From: Amoebidium appalachense
Lineage: Eukaryota; Protista; Ichthyosporea
Reading direction: 5' to 3'
Length of the DNA: 64,000 nucleotides
NCBI GenBank assembly: GCA_963693365.1
Contig: CAVNZM010000002.1
Span: 14,231,615-14,295,614, forward strand
The notes below the pieces were generated by a model. That model did no database searches. It had not been told where the DNA came from and saw only the letters and a list, made by a program, of their open reading frames with translations. Position 1 is the first letter of the stretch; each line of letters opens with the position of its first letter. Positions 42,064 to 64,000 of the stretch are shown in pieces. The translations under genes and the position numbers were made by a program.

Positions 42064-42918
42064 CACACACACATACATGGTGACACAAGCACATGCACGC
42101 ACACACGCACACGTACTCACACACACACACAGACACACACACACACACACAGTGTCACACACACACGTATACACACACACGTGGAACATACACACACACA
42201 CACATACACACTCACTCACTCACTCACAGTGACTCACACGTGGCGCGCACTCCTTGTATCACCTTGTCATTATATTTTCAATTTAATTCTGAGTCGATGG
42301 TTGTGTATTTTTCGTGTACATCACATTAAAACGTTATCTCATCAAAATGAGTTTGCAATGAAGTTGGTTGTGCACAACCAACTTTTGCATACATTGTATG
42401 AACACTAGTGGTTAAGTTCGTGCTCTCGTAGTCGACGGAATCACCCGCGCATTCAATATCATGGGGGCTCACACACACACACACACACACACCGACACAC
42501 ACATAAACAGACTTTAACACACACTTGCACACACACACACCGTGGCACACATAGTGTTACATGCGACATTGTGAAGTTGCCGACGTCGGGCTTAAATTGC
42601 TGCACTTGCTTAACAGTTGCAACTGTTACACGATGTTCACACACACACACACACATATGCCAAAGTTGCCTGGCACCGTGCAGCAAGGACGCGCACGCAC
42701 TTTGCAAAAACACACCCACATTCAATTTGGCACACCGCACACACAAACATTCCCACAATAAACTGTACATGTAACACGCACACGAACTCACCACCGTGAC
42801 GGTGAACATGATAACGTAGCCTTTTATTTTAAATTGACAGTCAAGCACTGATCCTAACGAGTTTTAATTTTATTTATGCGTAGGGCAAGGGAGAGGGAGA
42901 TGTTTGATCATTGCGCGG

Positions 42919-42963
<45 letters not shown>

Positions 42964-44199
42964 TCCACTATTAATACGTGAGTAAGTGGGTTCCTCCCCC
43001 CTTCCCCCCCTCCTCACCGCAATAGCCCCCCCCCCCCCCCCCCCCCCCCGACACACACACACACACACCACCACCACCAGCCATGTCAAATTCAACAATA
43101 GTTAGCAATTACACTAATATTGATAATAATTTAGTTGCTACTCTTTATATATACAGGTGTATCGGCTGCAGCGCTAGCAGCACAATTGCAAGAGGTACAT
43201 CTGCTTTTTGTAAATGACCTTGTGTTTAGTTTTTCCCGCATCACTTCTCAGCATCAATTATAATTTATTATAACTTGCTCCTTCATATATGTTCTTTAAC
43301 TAGGAGAGTTGTCCAGGGAAGTTAACCTAGGCTAAGTAACTTGCACCGGTGCTATTGTGGCACTCACTTGCCCTGGGCTGATGGCGCTGGAGTCCCAGAT
43401 TATATCGAAATCCATTACGGCGTAATTACTGCCCATGCCAGAAAATTCTTGACCCCCCCCCCCCCCCCCCCCCCCCCACCCTTTCTCCAGACACAAGCGG
43501 GCAGGCACACAATGCAGATACTGTTATGAAACTTGATATGTACACATACAAACACTGCGTATCGGGTTATAACATGGCAGCACCACGTTAGGGAATTTAA
43601 AAACAGGTCTATATTGGTTCCATTAAACAGAAGACAGGTCATTGCTTTACATATGCAAGCGGCGCATCCAAAGGCCATACTTGCACATAACATTTGATTT
43701 TTCCAAGGCTTTAGGTTACCATATCTATTATTCTATGTATCAAAAAACTATACGTTGTGAAATGTTGCAAAACCTCACGTTTCCTACGATCCTTTATGCA
43801 AGATGTAGCTCTATTTTCAGTATCATGACACATACACACATCTAGCTGATTGGTACAGACCATACATTTATTCATCAATCTCCAACTGTATAAGTAGGTG
43901 GTGTCATTCAGAAAACAGGATGAAAAGAAAAGACAACAAAAGTTCTTCGGAAATTCATTGATACGAAGGCTGTGTGTATTTGTGTATGTGTAGATATGCG
44001 TGCGGTACATAAGGACGACCAGAGCCCAAAGTAGTAAGGTTTTATCCCTGTGCCAGAAGTTAATCCTAACTAGCATGAACATTGCACACAAAACAAAACA
44101 AAACAAAACAAAAAAAAAAAAAAAAAAAAAAAAAAACACAGGGGCTTGGGAAATTGTGACTGGCAACTTGTCCACACATGGACACAGACACAGCGTCTT

Positions 44200-59968
<15,769 letters not shown>

Positions 59969-61102
59969 ATTGAGCAAAAAGGGTCTCTAGCACCATATGA
60001 ATATGCTGCCCTGTTCATTCGTCTGTTCCGTTCTAATTCTCATGCATAATACCTGCCGTAAACAAGCAAGATCTCTCCCTCCTTCGTTGCGCCCGTTGCA
60101 CTTATCGATTGCACTCAAGTAGAATGTCCTGGTTTAAAGATTCATAGTGGTGCGAACAACACCATAAGATTATATTTCCTAATAATTCTTACTGTGTTCT
60201 TTTTACTCCCTTATACGATGTTTTCACTCCCATCCATTCGTGCTTTCGTGCTTCAGTCACCAGCGCTTGCCCTTCTGTTTCGCACAGCTGTATTATTAGC
60301 GCACCCTGATCAGCGCCGGCCGCGATCGCCCGGGCTGTGAGCCGCAAGGTAGGACTCCGATTTCCAGAGTCCAACTTTCACTTTATGATTGGTCTAAAAT
60401 GCACCATCAGATAATTTGCGTTTCGATCACACATGGGGTTTTATAATATTTCGGCAGGCCCAATGCTAGTCTTTGGTGCTTTACGTCATTTTTGGTTGCC
60501 ACGCAATGACAAGCTGTCTTTTGGACCGCAATCGCAATGTATAGAGCATTTCTGAGTAGACTATGGCGGGCTCTGTTGTCATGGAGTCAGCGATGCGCAA
60601 ACACGGCCCTCTGCAGTGGAACACAGCACAGCGCAAACACTTCTAGATCTGTCACATAAGGTCTACTCACAAGTTCACTTACCCAGGCCTCCGCACAATA
60701 CTAACTTTGTATATTGTCCATATACACACTTGAACCGTTTCGATGCATCTGTACTTTATAACTTAACCACAGCAATTATTAGCAGGATCTTAGTAAAAAC
60801 AAGAATGATCGCATAGCTGAGCGTACAGCAAGCTGTCGAAGACCAACACACCATCTCTCTTGATGATCTGTGCTTCACTTCCCAGAGGCCTTTAGACACA
60901 GTACGAAGACAGAGAAAGAATACTTGTTTATATTAAGCGTTAAATGAAGATATGCTGGGAAATCTGGCTGCTTATGCGTTTATCATCCTCTTCAAGGTTT
61001 CATTATTATCGTACATCGTTCGTCACATCTCTGGCATTCTCCAGACCAAACGGACATGGTTGACCAGCGGTTAAGGTAGCGTTCAGCCAAGAATTCAGGA
61101 AG

Positions 61103-64000
<2,898 letters not shown>

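Overview
Intron-rich eukaryotic DNA (GT-AG introns, standard code) full of poly-G/poly-C, (CA)n and (GA)n tracts, so most ORF-track entries are low-complexity noise. Gene content suggests a non-animal opisthokont, possibly a unicellular holozoan (weak inference). Manual splicing gives five genes: a DMXL/Rabconnectin-3alpha (Rav1) homologue (-, runs off the left edge); a 4-coumarate-CoA ligase/luciferase-like acyl-CoA synthetase (+); an orphan single-pass membrane protein (-); a MABP-domain plus TPR protein (-); and EDEM3 (+, runs off the right edge). Mobile DNA includes two related non-LTR retrotransposon families, a Gypsy integrase relic, a piggyBac-type MITE with TTAA duplication and two intronic minisatellites. 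The lead observation is a dispersed intronic repeat family that always lies in the host's sense orientation and usually ends in poly-C. Its longer copies carry a type-II hammerhead-ribozyme-like core. All homology calls come from recalled family motifs; no searches were run.
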